Notes: generated from the sequence alone by a model not told the origin. Shown: positions 15,001 through 26,213, counted from the first letter of the stretch. The stretch is 64,000 nt of DNA from Neoechinorhynchus agilis (GCA_051530055.1 CM121343.1:342389-406388), one strand, 5' to 3'. Made by a program: numbers and translations.

Positions 15001-18000
15001 TCCAGATGCGAACCGATTAGCCTCAGAATCGGCTGTATTCTCTTTATAAATCTGTTCTTGCGGTCAAATCACCGGCAAAACATCGGATCACCCGGATTTT
15101 AGAACCGAAAAGATCGGGTCAAGATGCGGACCGATTAGCCCCAGAATCGGCAGTATTCTCTTTATAAATCTGTTTTTGCGGTCAAATCACCGGTAAAACA
15201 TCGGATCAAGCGGATTTTAGAACCGAAAAGATCGCGTCAAGATGCGGACCGATTAGCCCCAGAATCGGCTGTATTCTCTTTATAAATCTGTTCTTGCGGT
15301 CAAATCACCGGTAAAACATCGGATCAACCGGATTTTAGAACCGAAAAGATCGCGTCAAGATGCGGACCGATTAGCCCCAGAATCGGCTGTATTCTCTTTA
15401 TAAATCTGTTTTTGCGGTCAAATCACAGGTAGAACATCGGATCAATCGGATTTTAGAACCGAAAAGATCGCGTCAAGATGCGGACCGATTAGCCCAAGAA
15501 TCGGCTGTATTCTCTTTATAAATCTGTTTTTGCGGTCAAATCACCGGCAAAACATACGATCAACCCGATTTTGGGACCGAAAACATCGCGTCCAGATGCG
15601 GACCGATTAGCCCAAGAATCGGCTGTATTCTCTTTATAAATCTGTTTTTGCGGTCAAATCACCGGTAAAACATCGGATCAACCGGATTTTAGAACCGAAA
15701 AGATCGCGTCAAGATGCGGACCGATTAGCCCAAGAATCGGCTGTATTCTCTTTATAAATCTGTTTTTGCGGTCAAATCACCGGCAAAACATACGATCAAC
15801 CCGATTTTGGGACCGAAAACATCGCGTCCAGATGCGGACCGATTAGCCCAAGAATCGGCTGTATTCTCTTTATAAATCTGTTTTTGCGGTCAAATCAGCG
15901 GTAAAACATCGGATCAACCGGATTTTAGAACCGAAAATATCGCGTCAAGATGCGGACCGATTAGCCCAAGAATCGGCTGTATTCTCTTTATAAATCTGTT
16001 TTTGCGGTCAAATCACCGGCAAAACATACGATCAACCCGATTTTGGGACCGAAAACATCGCGTCCAGATGCGGACCGATTAGCCCAAGAATCGGCTGTAT
16101 TCTCTTTATAAATCTGTTTTTGCGGTCAAATCAGCGGTAAAACATCGGATCAATCGGATTTTAGAACCGAAAAGATCGCGTCCAGATGCGGACCGATTAG
16201 CCCCAGAATCGGCTGTATTCTCTTTATAAATCTGTTTTTGCGGTCAAATCACCGGCAAAACATACGATCAACCCGATTTTGGGACCGAAAACATCGCGTC
16301 CAGATGCGGACCGATTAGCCCAAGAATCGGCTGTATTCTCTTTATAAATCTGTTTTTGCGGTCAAATCACCGGTAAAACATCGGATCAACCGGATTTTAG
16401 AACCGAAAATATCGCGTCAAGATGCGGACCGATTAGCCCAAGAATCGGCTGTATTCTCTTTATAAATCTGTTTTTGCGGTCAAATCACCGGCAAAACATA
16501 CGATCAACCCGATTTTGGGACCGAAAACATCGCGTCCAGATGCGGACCGATTAGCCCAAGAATCGGCTGTATTCTCTTTATAAATCTGTTTTTGCGGTCA
16601 AATAAGCGGTTAAACATCGGATCAACCGGATTTTAGAACCGAAAAGATCGCGTCCAGATGCGGACCGATTAGCCCCAGAATCGGCTGTATTCTCTTTATA
16701 AATCTGTTTTTGCGGTCAAATCACCGGCAAAACATACGATCAACCCGATTTTGGGACCGAAAACATCGCGTCCAGATGCGGACCGATTAGCCCAAGAATC
16801 GGCTGTATTCTCTTTATAAATCTGTTTTTGCGGTCAAATCACCGGTAAAACATCGGATCAACCGGATTTTAGAACCGAAAAGATCGCGTCCAGATGCGGA
16901 CCGATTAGCCCAAGAATCGGCTGTATTCTCTTTATAAATCTGTTTTTGCGGTCAAATCACCGGTAAAACATCGGATCAACCGGATTTTAGAACCGAAAAG
17001 ATCGCGTCCAGATGCGGACCGATTAGCCCAAGAATCGGCTGTATTCTCTTTATAAATCTGTTTTTGCGGTCAAATCACCGGTAAAACATCGGATCAACCG
17101 GATTTTAGAACCGAAAAGATCGCGTCAAGATGCGGACCGATTAATCCCAGAATCGGCCGTATTCTATTTATAAATCTGTTCTTGCTGTCAAATCACGGTA
17201 AAACATCCGATCTACCGGATTTTAGGACCGAAAAGATATCGTCCAGATGCGAACCGATTAGCCACAGAATCGGCTGTATTCTCTTTATAAATCTGTTCTT
17301 GTGGTCAAATCACCGGTAAAACATCGGATCAACCAGATTTTAGAACCGAAAAGATCGCGTCAAGATGCGGACCGATTAGGCCCAGAATCGGCTGTATTCT
17401 CTTTATAAATCCGTTCTTGTTGTTAAATCACCGGTAAAACATCGGATCAACCGGATTTTAGAACCTAAAAGATCGCGTCCAGATGTGGACGGATCAACAA
17501 AAAAATCGGCTTTATTCTATTTATAAATCTGTTCTTGCTGTCAAATCACGGTAAAACATTGGATCTACCGGATTTTAGGACCGAAAAGATCGCATCCAGA
17601 TGAGAACCGATTAGCCCCAGAATCGGCTGTATTCTCTTTATAAATCTGTTCTTGTGGTCAAATCATCGGTAAAACATAGGATCAACCGGATTTCAGAACC
17701 GAAAAGATCGAGTCAAGATGCGGACCGATTAGTCCAAGAATCGGCTGTATTCTATTTATAATTCTGTTCTTGCTGTCAAATCACGGTAAAACATCCGATC
17801 TACCGGATTTTAGCACCGAAACGATCGCGTCCAGATGAGAACCGATTAGCCCCAGAATCGGCTGTATTCTCTTTATAAATCTGTTCTTGCGGTCAAATCA
17901 CCGGTAAAACATCGGATCAGCCGGATTTTAGAACCGAAAAGATCGCGTCAAGATGCGGACCGATTAATCCCAGAATCGGCTGTATTCTAGTTATAAATCT

Positions 18001-19610
18001 GTTCTTGGTGTCAAATCACGGTAAAAACTCCGATCTACCGGATTTTCGCACCGAAACGATCGCGTCCAGATGCGAACCGATTAGCCCCAGAATCGGCTGT
18101 ATTCTCTTTATAAATCTGTTCTTGCTGTCAAATCACGGTAAAACATCCGATCTACCGGATTTTAGCACCGAAACGATCGCGTCCGGATGAGAACCGATTA
18201 GCCCCAGAATCGGCTGTATTCTCTTTATAAATCTGTTCTTGCGGTCAAATCACCGGTAAAACATCGGATCAACCGGATTTTAGAACCGAAAAGATCGCGT
18301 CAAGATGTGGACCGATTAATCCCAGAATCGGCTGTATTCTATTTATAAATCTGTTCTTGCTATCAAATCACGGTAAAACATCCGATCTACCGGATTTTAG
18401 GAACGAAAATATCGCGTCCAGATGCGAACCGATTAGCGCCAGAATCGGCTGTATTCCCTTTATAAATCTGTTCTTGCGGTCAAATCACCAGTAAACATCC
18501 GATCAACCAGATTTTAGAACCGAAAATATCGCGTCCAGATGCGGACCGATTAGGCCCAGAATCGGCTGTATTCTCTTTATAAATCCGTTCTTGTTGTTAA
18601 ATCACCGGTAAAACATCGGATCAACCGGATTTTAGAACCTAAAAGATCGCGTCCAGATGTGGACGGATCAACAAAAAAATCGGCTTTATTCTATTTATAA
18701 ATCTGTTCTTGCTGTCAAATCACGGTAAAACATTGGATCTACCGGATTTTAGGACCGAAAATATCGCGTCAAGATGCGGACCGATTAATCCCAGAATCGG
18801 CCGTATTCTATTTATAAATCTGTTCTTGCTGTCAAATCTCCGGTAAAACAACCGATCAACCGGATTTTAGCACCGAAAGGATCGCGTCCAAATGCGTACC
18901 GATTAGTCCAAGAATCGGCATATTCTATTTATAAATCTGTTCTTGCTGTCAAATCACGGTAAAACATCCGATCTACCGGATTTTAGCACCGAAACGATCG
19001 CGTCCAGATGCGAACCGATTAGCCCCAGAATCGGCTGTATTCTCTTTATAAATCTGTTCTTGCTGTCAAATCACGGTAAAACATCGGATCAACCGGATTT
19101 TAGAACCGAAAAGATCGCGTCAAGATGCGGACCGATTAGCCCCAGAATCGGCTGTATTCTCTTTGTAAATCTGTTCTTGCGGTCAAATCACCGGTAAAAC
19201 ATCGGATCAACCGGATTTTAGAACCGAAAAGATCGCGTCCAGATGCGGACCGATTAGCCCTAGAATCGGCTGTATTCTCTTTATAAATATGTTTTTGCGG
19301 TCAAATATCCGGTAAAACATCCGATCAACCGGATTTTACGACCGAAAATATCGCGTCAAGATGCGGACCGATTAATCCCAGAATCGGCCGTATTCTATTT
19401 ATAAATCTGTTCTTGCTGTCAAATCTCCGGTAAAACATCCGATCAACCGGATTTTAGGACCGAAAAGATCACGTCCAGATGCGGACCGATTGACCCCCGA
19501 ATCGGCTTTATTCTATTTATAAATCTGTTGTTGCTGTCAAATCTCCGGTAAAACATCGGACCAACCGGATTTTAGCACCGAAAACATCGCGTCAAGATGC
19601 GGACCAATTA
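1..19610. repeat. Satellite 1: tandem array of 117/118-bp CpG-rich monomers (~165 copies), running off the window start
   Basis: Monomer A (118 bp: gcggtcaaatcaccggtaaaacatcggatcaacc...) and monomer B (117 bp: gctgtcaaatcacggtaaaacatccgatctacc...). Spacing measured 241->359->476. All small ORFs here are 39-aa repeat translations. Confidence 0.98.
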
Positions 19611-19900
19611 AAGAAGGGAATGAGGTAGACTTCAAGCTTAACTTAAGAGGAGTGTGAATATCCGTTTCCTAGGTGTGCATTTTGGACCTTGATAAAGGTA
19701 CAAAAATGTGCCGAAATATCGGATTCTATAAATTACTTCAAATTTTGGGGACAGGTTGAAACAATAGAAGGGAATGAGGTAGACTTCAAGCTTTACTTAA
19801 GAGGAATGTGAATATCGATTTCCTAGGTGTGTATTTTGGACCTTGATAAAGGTACACAAATGTGCCGAAATATCGGATTCTATAAATTACTTTAAATTTC
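19611..19900. repeat. Two-copy 154-bp direct tandem duplication at the satellite 1 boundary
   Basis: gaagggaatgaggtagacttcaagctt... starts at 19613 and 19767. The copies are near-identical over ~135 bp. Confidence 0.9.
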
Positions 19901-20422
19901 CGCCCTATAAAAACATGAATAATTAAATCCTAAAACGTTTAAAAAAAAGTAAAAAATCATATGAATTTTTTTTATGAATTTATGCATGATTTATATGTAC
20001 TGAAGAACAAAGAAGCTTCTGGTCGTAATAGGTAGCATCACCGATATATCGACTTCGAAATAAAAGGTTTTGTGGTAAAAGTTAAACATTTTAGGCCGCA
20101 CCACCATTAAGACTCTTTATTGGTGATTCCGTGCAAATAAGATGTTTTTATCGATATAAGAACCGATCATGTTAATATGTTAGGAAAATGTACGATTATG
20201 ACTTACAAAAATGATTTATACCGTGAGTATTTCCCTATCCCTGTTCTTATATTGTCAATAATGGAATAATGGACGTAGAAAATGGTAATATCGCTTTGAA
20301 TTAGGAATGGACTTATTACTCCCATTTTCCATTCGGATATTAATTCGAATAGGGAGTTTCTTCGACAGATTCGTTCTCGAAACGTAATCTCCGCAAAGTT
20401 TAAAACACACACACATTATATT

Positions 20423-22010
20423 TCATGTTTTCAAAGGATTTCCATTAACACCGATCAGCATCATGTCTATCTTATGAATATTGAATGAGCCATATTGATC
20501 GAAATTAAATAATTGTACTTCCCAATAACCTCTCGGATCTTCGAACCAATTGAGCACCGACGTAAACTGCCGATTCTTAAATCCGTATACTCTATCCTCG
20601 TCAAGAGGCCGAATATCCAACATTTCCACACTGTTATTGGTAGGAGACACAAGCACAATTCTTAATTTGCCCCTTTGTCCAGGCTTTGAAAAAAAAGAAG
20701 GTTTGATTGTAACATTTAGAATTACATGTTCCAAACTGGTTATCGCAGACGATGATGAATCGCAAGCATTCGTATAAACTCGGAAACGTTCCGTAGAATC
20801 GCTTCGCAGCCAATTCAAGCCTGATATTCGAACTTTACAGGTATTAGATTTTGGCAGTTTACGGCATTTCATCGAAATGGCGTTATCCACAAAAGATTTG
20901 GGATCAAGAATTCCGAACCCAAAGTAATTACTTACCCAATGTCCAGCTCCATTTTTCCACCATCCGTCGTTCATATTTGCATGCTTAACGGACGACATAA
21001 CTACCAAATACTGGATTTGTCTGTAGTCGAGATGAGGATTTGCTTCAAGTCCAAGTGCAATAATGGCCGCTACCATCGGAGTGGAGGCTGATGTTCCACC
21101 AAAACGTTGACATGTACCATTTAGACCCGCAGTCATTATCTGATTTGAAATGCCATCGCTGGTATATCCACTTGTCATGATCGCGGCACATTTTTCAGCG
21201 TAATACGGCGATGAATGGTTTCTTAAAACGCCAGCCACGGCAATCGCGTAATGGGAATTCACTCGTTCATCGACAGCACAATTGTCCAAAAATTGACCAC
21301 CATTTCCCGAGGCAATAACAAAGGAAGATCCTAATCCATTACGCCCTAACCGGGCATTATTAGCAAGTATTCGATGTTCATCCTCATGTATTTCCCAAAC
21401 CGAGCTACCGTCACTCGGTGCGCCTCCGGATATGCTATAAATGTCAATCTTTGAATTTATTGTGCAGCGTTGCATTATTTAGCGATATGAAGTGAAAGTA
21501 TATAAACCCAAGCGAAATTATGCATCGCTGCTCTTTTAAGCCGTAGGATGCTTCAACGGGTTGGCGCTTATTGAAATAATGACGAATGTATATCGGAATT
21601 ATGTTTAAGCTGATGATTTTGGAATCATAGGCAATGCCAACGCCGCAAATATTGTTGTCCGGTTTCCCAGCTAGGATTCCGGCGCAGGCATTGCCATGAT
21701 CTGCGTAAACATCCGAATTGGGAAGAGTTTCCAAGACGCTATCCTTTAAATCAGGATGATCTTGTTCAATACCCAAATCGATTATGCCCACAACGACACC
21801 TTTTCCAGTATAACCCTCGTTCCAAACCCTTTCGATATTATATGCTGATCGGTGAAGATACCAGCTATCGGGCCATTTCTCGTCGGTAATCGGCGATAAT
21901 GTTGTTGATGCTGTTAATGAAGAATTGCTCGAATGAGCAGATGAATTTCCGTCTTTCGGTAGATTGTAGACAATGGCCACGGAGAAAAGGAACAGAAAGA
22001 CTGTTAACAT
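20423..22010 (-). CDS. Divergent furin/kexin-family (S8B) proprotein-convertase-like protease with signal peptide, catalytic domain and P-domain; reading frame interrupted at ~21449-21557
   Basis: Hydrophobic N-terminus MLTVFLFLFSVAIVY; DEKWPDSWYL (cf. furin DPKFPQQWYL); Asp IIDLG, His HGNACAG, oxyanion SGNGG, Ser GTSASTP; GFGILD; P-domain LEHV...RGKL. Encoded by two ORFs in different frames. Confidence 0.85.
21464..21531. other. 68-bp imperfect hairpin at the frame break of the furin-like gene
   Basis: Minus-strand arm GCAGCGATGCATAATTTCGC versus reverse complement of the other arm GCAGCGTTGCATTATTTAGC: 17/20 match. Confidence 0.8.
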
Positions 22011-22015
22011 AACTT

Positions 22016-22400
22016 AACCGTTATTTGAGTAGTCGTCAACTAATGTAGAAATGTCTTATGACTTGGCTATGCGCATTTTTATATTTGGTCGTTGAAACCG
22101 TTATTTGAGTAGCCGTCAACTAATGTAGAAATGTCTTATGACTTGGCTATTCGCATTTTTTATTTGGTGGTTGAAACCGTTATTTGAGTAGCCGTCAACT
22201 AATGTAGAAATGTCTTATGACTTGGCTATGCGCATTTTTATATTTGGTGGTTGAAACCGTTATTTGAGTAGCCGTCAACTAATGTAGAAATGTCTTATGA
22301 CTTGGCTATGCGCATTTTTATATTTGGTGGTTGAAACCGTTATTTGAGTAGCCGTCAACTAATGTAGAAATGTCTTATGACTTGGCTATTCGCATTTTTA
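22016..22400. repeat. 79/80-bp minisatellite, ~4.8 copies
   Basis: aaccgttatttgagtag... starts at 22016, 22096, 22175, 22255 and 22335. Confidence 0.95.
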
Positions 22401-22413
22401 GAGACAGAGGTCA

Positions 22414-22500
22414 GCAACAAGCGAGAGGTCGACGACTTTTAATGCATGTTCATGCTATTTTGGTTCGAGAACCTGTCGTCGTCGACCTCTCGCTTGTTGC
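22414..22500. other. Perfect 23-bp inverted repeat with a 41-nt spacer
   Basis: gcaacaagcgagaggtcgacgac (22414-22436) / gtcgtcgacctctcgcttgttgc (22478-22500). Confidence 0.9.
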
Positions 22501-22749
22501 CGACCGTCATCCTGTGGATCCGTTCTCCACTCCGGCCAGATCCGATATTCACTTACGGATCCGTCATCCACGTTCTGGATAGGTCATCCACTCCGAATTC
22601 CGGATCCGTCATCAACTCCAAAGTAGACAATCACACTAATTTATCCTGCCAGTACTCGAGTGTTCATTAGTTCAGGTGTTCATGAGGAGCCAGAGGTACA
22701 TGGTTTCTCTTCTTTAACAAAATAAAACGTGTTATTTATTATAAGTAGA

Positions 22750-23520
22750 GATTGCCAATCTTCACCCGCAACTTTCTTTGCTGTACGAACGAGTTGATGA
22801 ATTATCTTCACACGAAGCTCTATTCCAGATCAAGAAATCCCTCTTCATTACGAAATTGTTGTATAAGCTGCGCACAGCACCTTTCTTAGACATAAGGATA
22901 AGCTGGCAAAATTAGACGGGACGGTAAAATCCTCTCTCGAGAAAACGAGACCTGGCGCCAAGCGTCCTTGCTTGTGTCGTCGGGCGGTTTGGGTATCAGA
23001 AAAGCAACCGATATTTCTCTGTCAAGCAAGCCGTAAAATAGTTAAATCCGTTCTTGGGGAGTATTACACTTCGAATAAGGATTTCGTGGAGGCACTTAAT
23101 CTTCGGTGCTGAGATTCAGACAGCGAGCAGGTCCCCGTCAATGGTTGTATACAACCAGTTTGGAACCAACCCCTGGTAGCGAGAATTCATAACTCTTTAA
23201 TTTCAGATTCTTCTGACCTTTGGCAGCGTCACGTTAAGAAAACGATGTTTATTATTGTATTTACATTGTGGTGAATGCTTGTTGTCCTACCTTCATTCGG
23301 CGAAAGGAAAGTTCTTCCGGCTGTCCGTCATTCACGTGAAAGAAGTCGCCGCCACAGACCTAATGAACCGAACTCGATTGTCGGCAGTCTCTACAAGAGA
23401 ATCGGGTGCTTGGTTCAACGTTATCCAATCGCTTCTGTGGTTACCCTTCTCTCCGACGAGACAGTAAGGATTGCAGTGTCCCTGAGACTTGCGGAGCGAC
23501 TGTGGATCCGTCTTGTTCTT
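22750..23520 (+). mobile_element. Degraded CRE-clade (RLE-type) non-LTR retrotransposon fragment
   Basis: Frameshifted peptides HEALFQIKKSLFITKLLYKLRTAPF, WRQASLLVSSGGLGIRKA, RLSAVSTRESGAWFN and PIASVVTLLSDETVRIAVSLRL. These are homologous to the copy at 49.7-51.1 kb. Confidence 0.8.
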
Positions 23521-23528
23521 GGTGTCGC

Positions 23529-23677
23529 ATCGCCAGTTAAACATCCGACCAACCGGATTTTAGGACCGAAAAAATTGCGTCCAGATGCGGACCGATTAAC
23601 ACTAGAATTGACTCTTTTGGATCAAATCAACGCTTAAACATCCGATCAACAGGGTTTTTTGGCCGAAAAGATCACGT
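23529..23677. repeat. Orphan, degenerate ~1.5 monomers of satellite 1
   Basis: aaacatccgaccaaccggattttaggaccgaaaaaattgcgtccagatgcggaccgatt matches the satellite 1 monomer. The first unit has an internal deletion of ~20 bp. Confidence 0.9.
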
Positions 23678-23714
23678 TTAAATTTTTTAGCCCCGAAATC
23701 CTCTTCCCCGTCAA

Positions 23715-23724
23715 ATGACGTCAT
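23715..23724. promoter_or_regulatory. Candidate CRE/ATF site (ATGACGTCAT) 137 bp upstream of the Tudor ATG
   Basis: Perfect 10-bp palindrome containing TGACGTCA. Function is not demonstrated. Confidence 0.35.
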
Positions 23725-23860
23725 GGATCAGTTCTGAGCAAATTTTGGCCATTACTGAAATCATTCTTCATTTCGATTCTTCCGTATTTGGAATATTGTA
23801 TCGCCTACGCAGCCGACCCGGCCTTGTGGTCGTTGATTTTTCACTATTAAGGATTTTGAG

Positions 23861-25201
23861 ATGTCATCCTCGAAGTATTGTGAAGCGTTTCTGCATCGCG
23901 TTTCAATTAGAGGTCTCGTACATGATTTGGAGGAGGTTCTGGAGAAGTTCGGTGAAGTCGACGAATGCGTTATGAGGCTGAATTCGAAAGATGATCGAAA
24001 ATCTGCGATTATCCGTTACGAACGCAAAGCGGCGTCCCATGATGATGCGGATTGTTACTATGCTTGCAAATCGAAAATCTACACTGCAGTGCCTTCTCAA
24101 GAATCCTCTGAACGCAAACCCGTCACCAACAATAATGAAATGAGTGGCCGAGAAAAGTGTGTAAAACGGAGGGGATCATTATTTTCGGATACAAAAAAAA
24201 GGAGCTTTACGATGCGTGATATTCCGGTCGTGGAAATATCTGATTCTGATTTAAGCAAATCGTTCTTAATATGCGAAGCAAAGAATCCTCGACGAATAAC
24301 GTTCAGTTCTTGTGATCATATAAAAGATTTGATTGAAAAAGGAAGTGGGGATTGGTCCATGCTTCCGGTCTGTAAGGATGTAAGACTTGGTGATATTTGT
24401 CTTGGACGTGAAGGTGATTTTTATCACAGAGTTGAAGTGACGGGAGTCAATGAATCTGGACGATACGACGTGTTTATCATAGATAATTCCCAAAAAGGTG
24501 AAATTGATCCTATTGATTTAAGAAAATTGAACGACGAATGGATATCGATTCCTTACAAGATGTATAAGATGTCTATTGTAGGCAGTGAATACTTCAACTC
24601 CGAAATTTACGCAAGCAAAAATATTAAGGGTATTCTAGAAAGTCGTTCATTTGAGCTAACTTACATATCAAGCGATAAATCTTGTTTCGATGGGGTTTTA
24701 AAAAGCGGTAGACGATTGTCCCACATTGTAGCTCAAGCGATATGCACTCCGGACAAGAACGAGTTAACTTCGACTAATTCGTTGCAATCGTTCATTCATC
24801 TGATGCCCGATACGTCCAAAAATCGAAAACTATACTCGGATATGAGTGACGACGATAGTGAACAATTGATCGGAATTTTGTCTTCTGAGCACTCAACTAT
24901 TAGAGGGACTGAGCATAATGGTGGACCCGATAATTACGAATCTGCGAGTAATGATACGGGCAATGACGAGGATGAGGATCATTGTTCAATGGGAGAACGA
25001 TTTATACCAAGAATGTGGGATTTAAACTCAGAACACGAAAATGATCGACACCGATCAATAATGGCCAGAAACGAAATTAGAAATAGACTGGTTGCTATGA
25101 AAGATGAAAATGCTAGAATCCTAGAAAAATTGGCAAATGTTCTTAACACGGCTAAGATTTTCGATGCGACGTTAAAGGACCTTATGAACCGTAGAATGTA
25201 A
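23861..25201 (+). CDS. Intronless 446-aa RRM-like + Tudor domain protein with acidic region and C-terminal coiled coil (TDRD-like)
   Basis: N-terminal RVSIRGL...LEKFGEV...AIIRY (RRM-like). LGDICLGREGDFYHRVEV...VFIIDNSQ..IDPIDLRKLNDEWISIP matches the extended-Tudor pattern. Confidence 0.75.
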   Translation: MSSSKYCEAFLHRVSIRGLVHDLEEVLEKFGEVDECVMRLNSKDDRKSAIIRYERKAASHDDADCYYACKSKIYTAVPSQESSERKPVTNNNEMSGREKCVKRRGSLFSDTKKRSFTMRDIPVVEISDSDLSKSFLICEAKNPRRITFSSCDHIKDLIEKGSGDWSMLPVCKDVRLGDICLGREGDFYHRVEVTGVNESGRYDVFIIDNSQKGEIDPIDLRKLNDEWISIPYKMYKMSIVGSEYFNSEIYASKNIKGILESRSFELTYISSDKSCFDGVLKSGRRLSHIVAQAICTPDKNELTSTNSLQSFIHLMPDTSKNRKLYSDMSDDDSEQLIGILSSEHSTIRGTEHNGGPDNYESASNDTGNDEDEDHCSMGERFIPRMWDLNSEHENDRHRSIMARNEIRNRLVAMKDENARILEKLANVLNTAKIFDATLKDLMNRRM

Positions 25202-25549
25202 GTTAGTGGGTGGTATGTCAGATCGATAGATCCGATTTTTCTTCGCCAGAAAAAACACACGATCTAATTCGCTTTGGGTTTGGGACACCGAGGAACGATT
25301 CATACTCTCTTCAAAGCGCTTTTACGACGAGAATTGTACCAATTTCTTGTGAGTTTGCCCAAATCTCACAAGTAGAACAACTCATTATAACTTTCATGTC
25401 GTTTAATTGATTTTTAGAATTGCTTCGAAAGAGGAAGAAGCCTCGCTTCATCATACGATGTCGACAGATTGTGTTATATAAAAACCTTAACAATGACGAG
25501 CGTGATTATCGGCGTTCCCATCTCAATTTTCTATGTGCAACTTTTAAAT

Positions 25550-25960
25550 TTAGTCCCAACGGCGCAGAGTGTTGGCCGATAATAACGAACCATGCTGAAT
25601 GATGCCGACTGGCCGTCATGGAAACAAGAATGCTAAGATGGATAAGTGATTCTCCCTCAAAGGTCATGTCCGAAATGATGAAATTCGGAATTGATATGGA
25701 GTGGTACCCATCACCAGTAAAATGCAGCAAGCACGCCTACAATGGTTTGGTAATGTAATGAAGGCGAACCCAGGCCCAGTCGCCAAGACTGGTCTAGAAC
25801 TCACTGTCGAAGGAAGAAGACCGAAAGGACGCCCGAAGCAGCGATGGCTCGACATAATGCTGACTTGATCCAAAAATGCCTCCAGTCACTTGCACATCCC
25901 TTGAGCGTGTGAAGTGGAGAGCATGCGTGAATTGTGCCGACACGGCTATGGTGCGAACCT
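25550..25960 (+). mobile_element. 3' remnant of an RTE-clade LINE
   Basis: Frameshifted GAECWP...RLAVMETRMLRW...RLQWFGNV...GRRPKGRPKQRW...W, typical of the RTE ORF C-terminus. Confidence 0.85.
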
Positions 25961-26213
25961 AAGAACAACAACTTTTAAATTTAATGACAGTTTAACACTT
26001 ATGGCTTTTTGTTTTGTGCTCCCAAAACACCGTTAACGTAAATTTTGGAATATACTTCGCCGCCTGACACATTACACGAAACTTTTGATCAACGATTGTT
26101 TTGGAAATTATTGCGAAAAACAAGAAGTGATCACATAAAGAAAGATTGATCTGCATATGTTGCTATGACGACCGTTACAACCGTCGGCTCGCCTTAATCG
26201 TTAATTAGTTAAA

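Noticed and set aside
359-19197. Repeated MLSNHGK.../MVKHRIN... ORFs
   Set aside because: These are translations of 117-bp (3n) satellite monomers with TTG or chance starts; there is no evidence of coding.
1-19610. Satellite 1 as a CRISPR array, hammerhead-ribozyme satellite or CENP-B-box repeat
   Set aside because: There are no unique spacers or cas genes, no CTGATGA core on either strand, and no TTCG-n4-A-n2-CGGG box.
22016-22400. 80-bp repeat as a spliced-leader RNA gene array
   Set aside because: There is no convincing exon/GT donor plus Sm-site arrangement, and the unit is too short.
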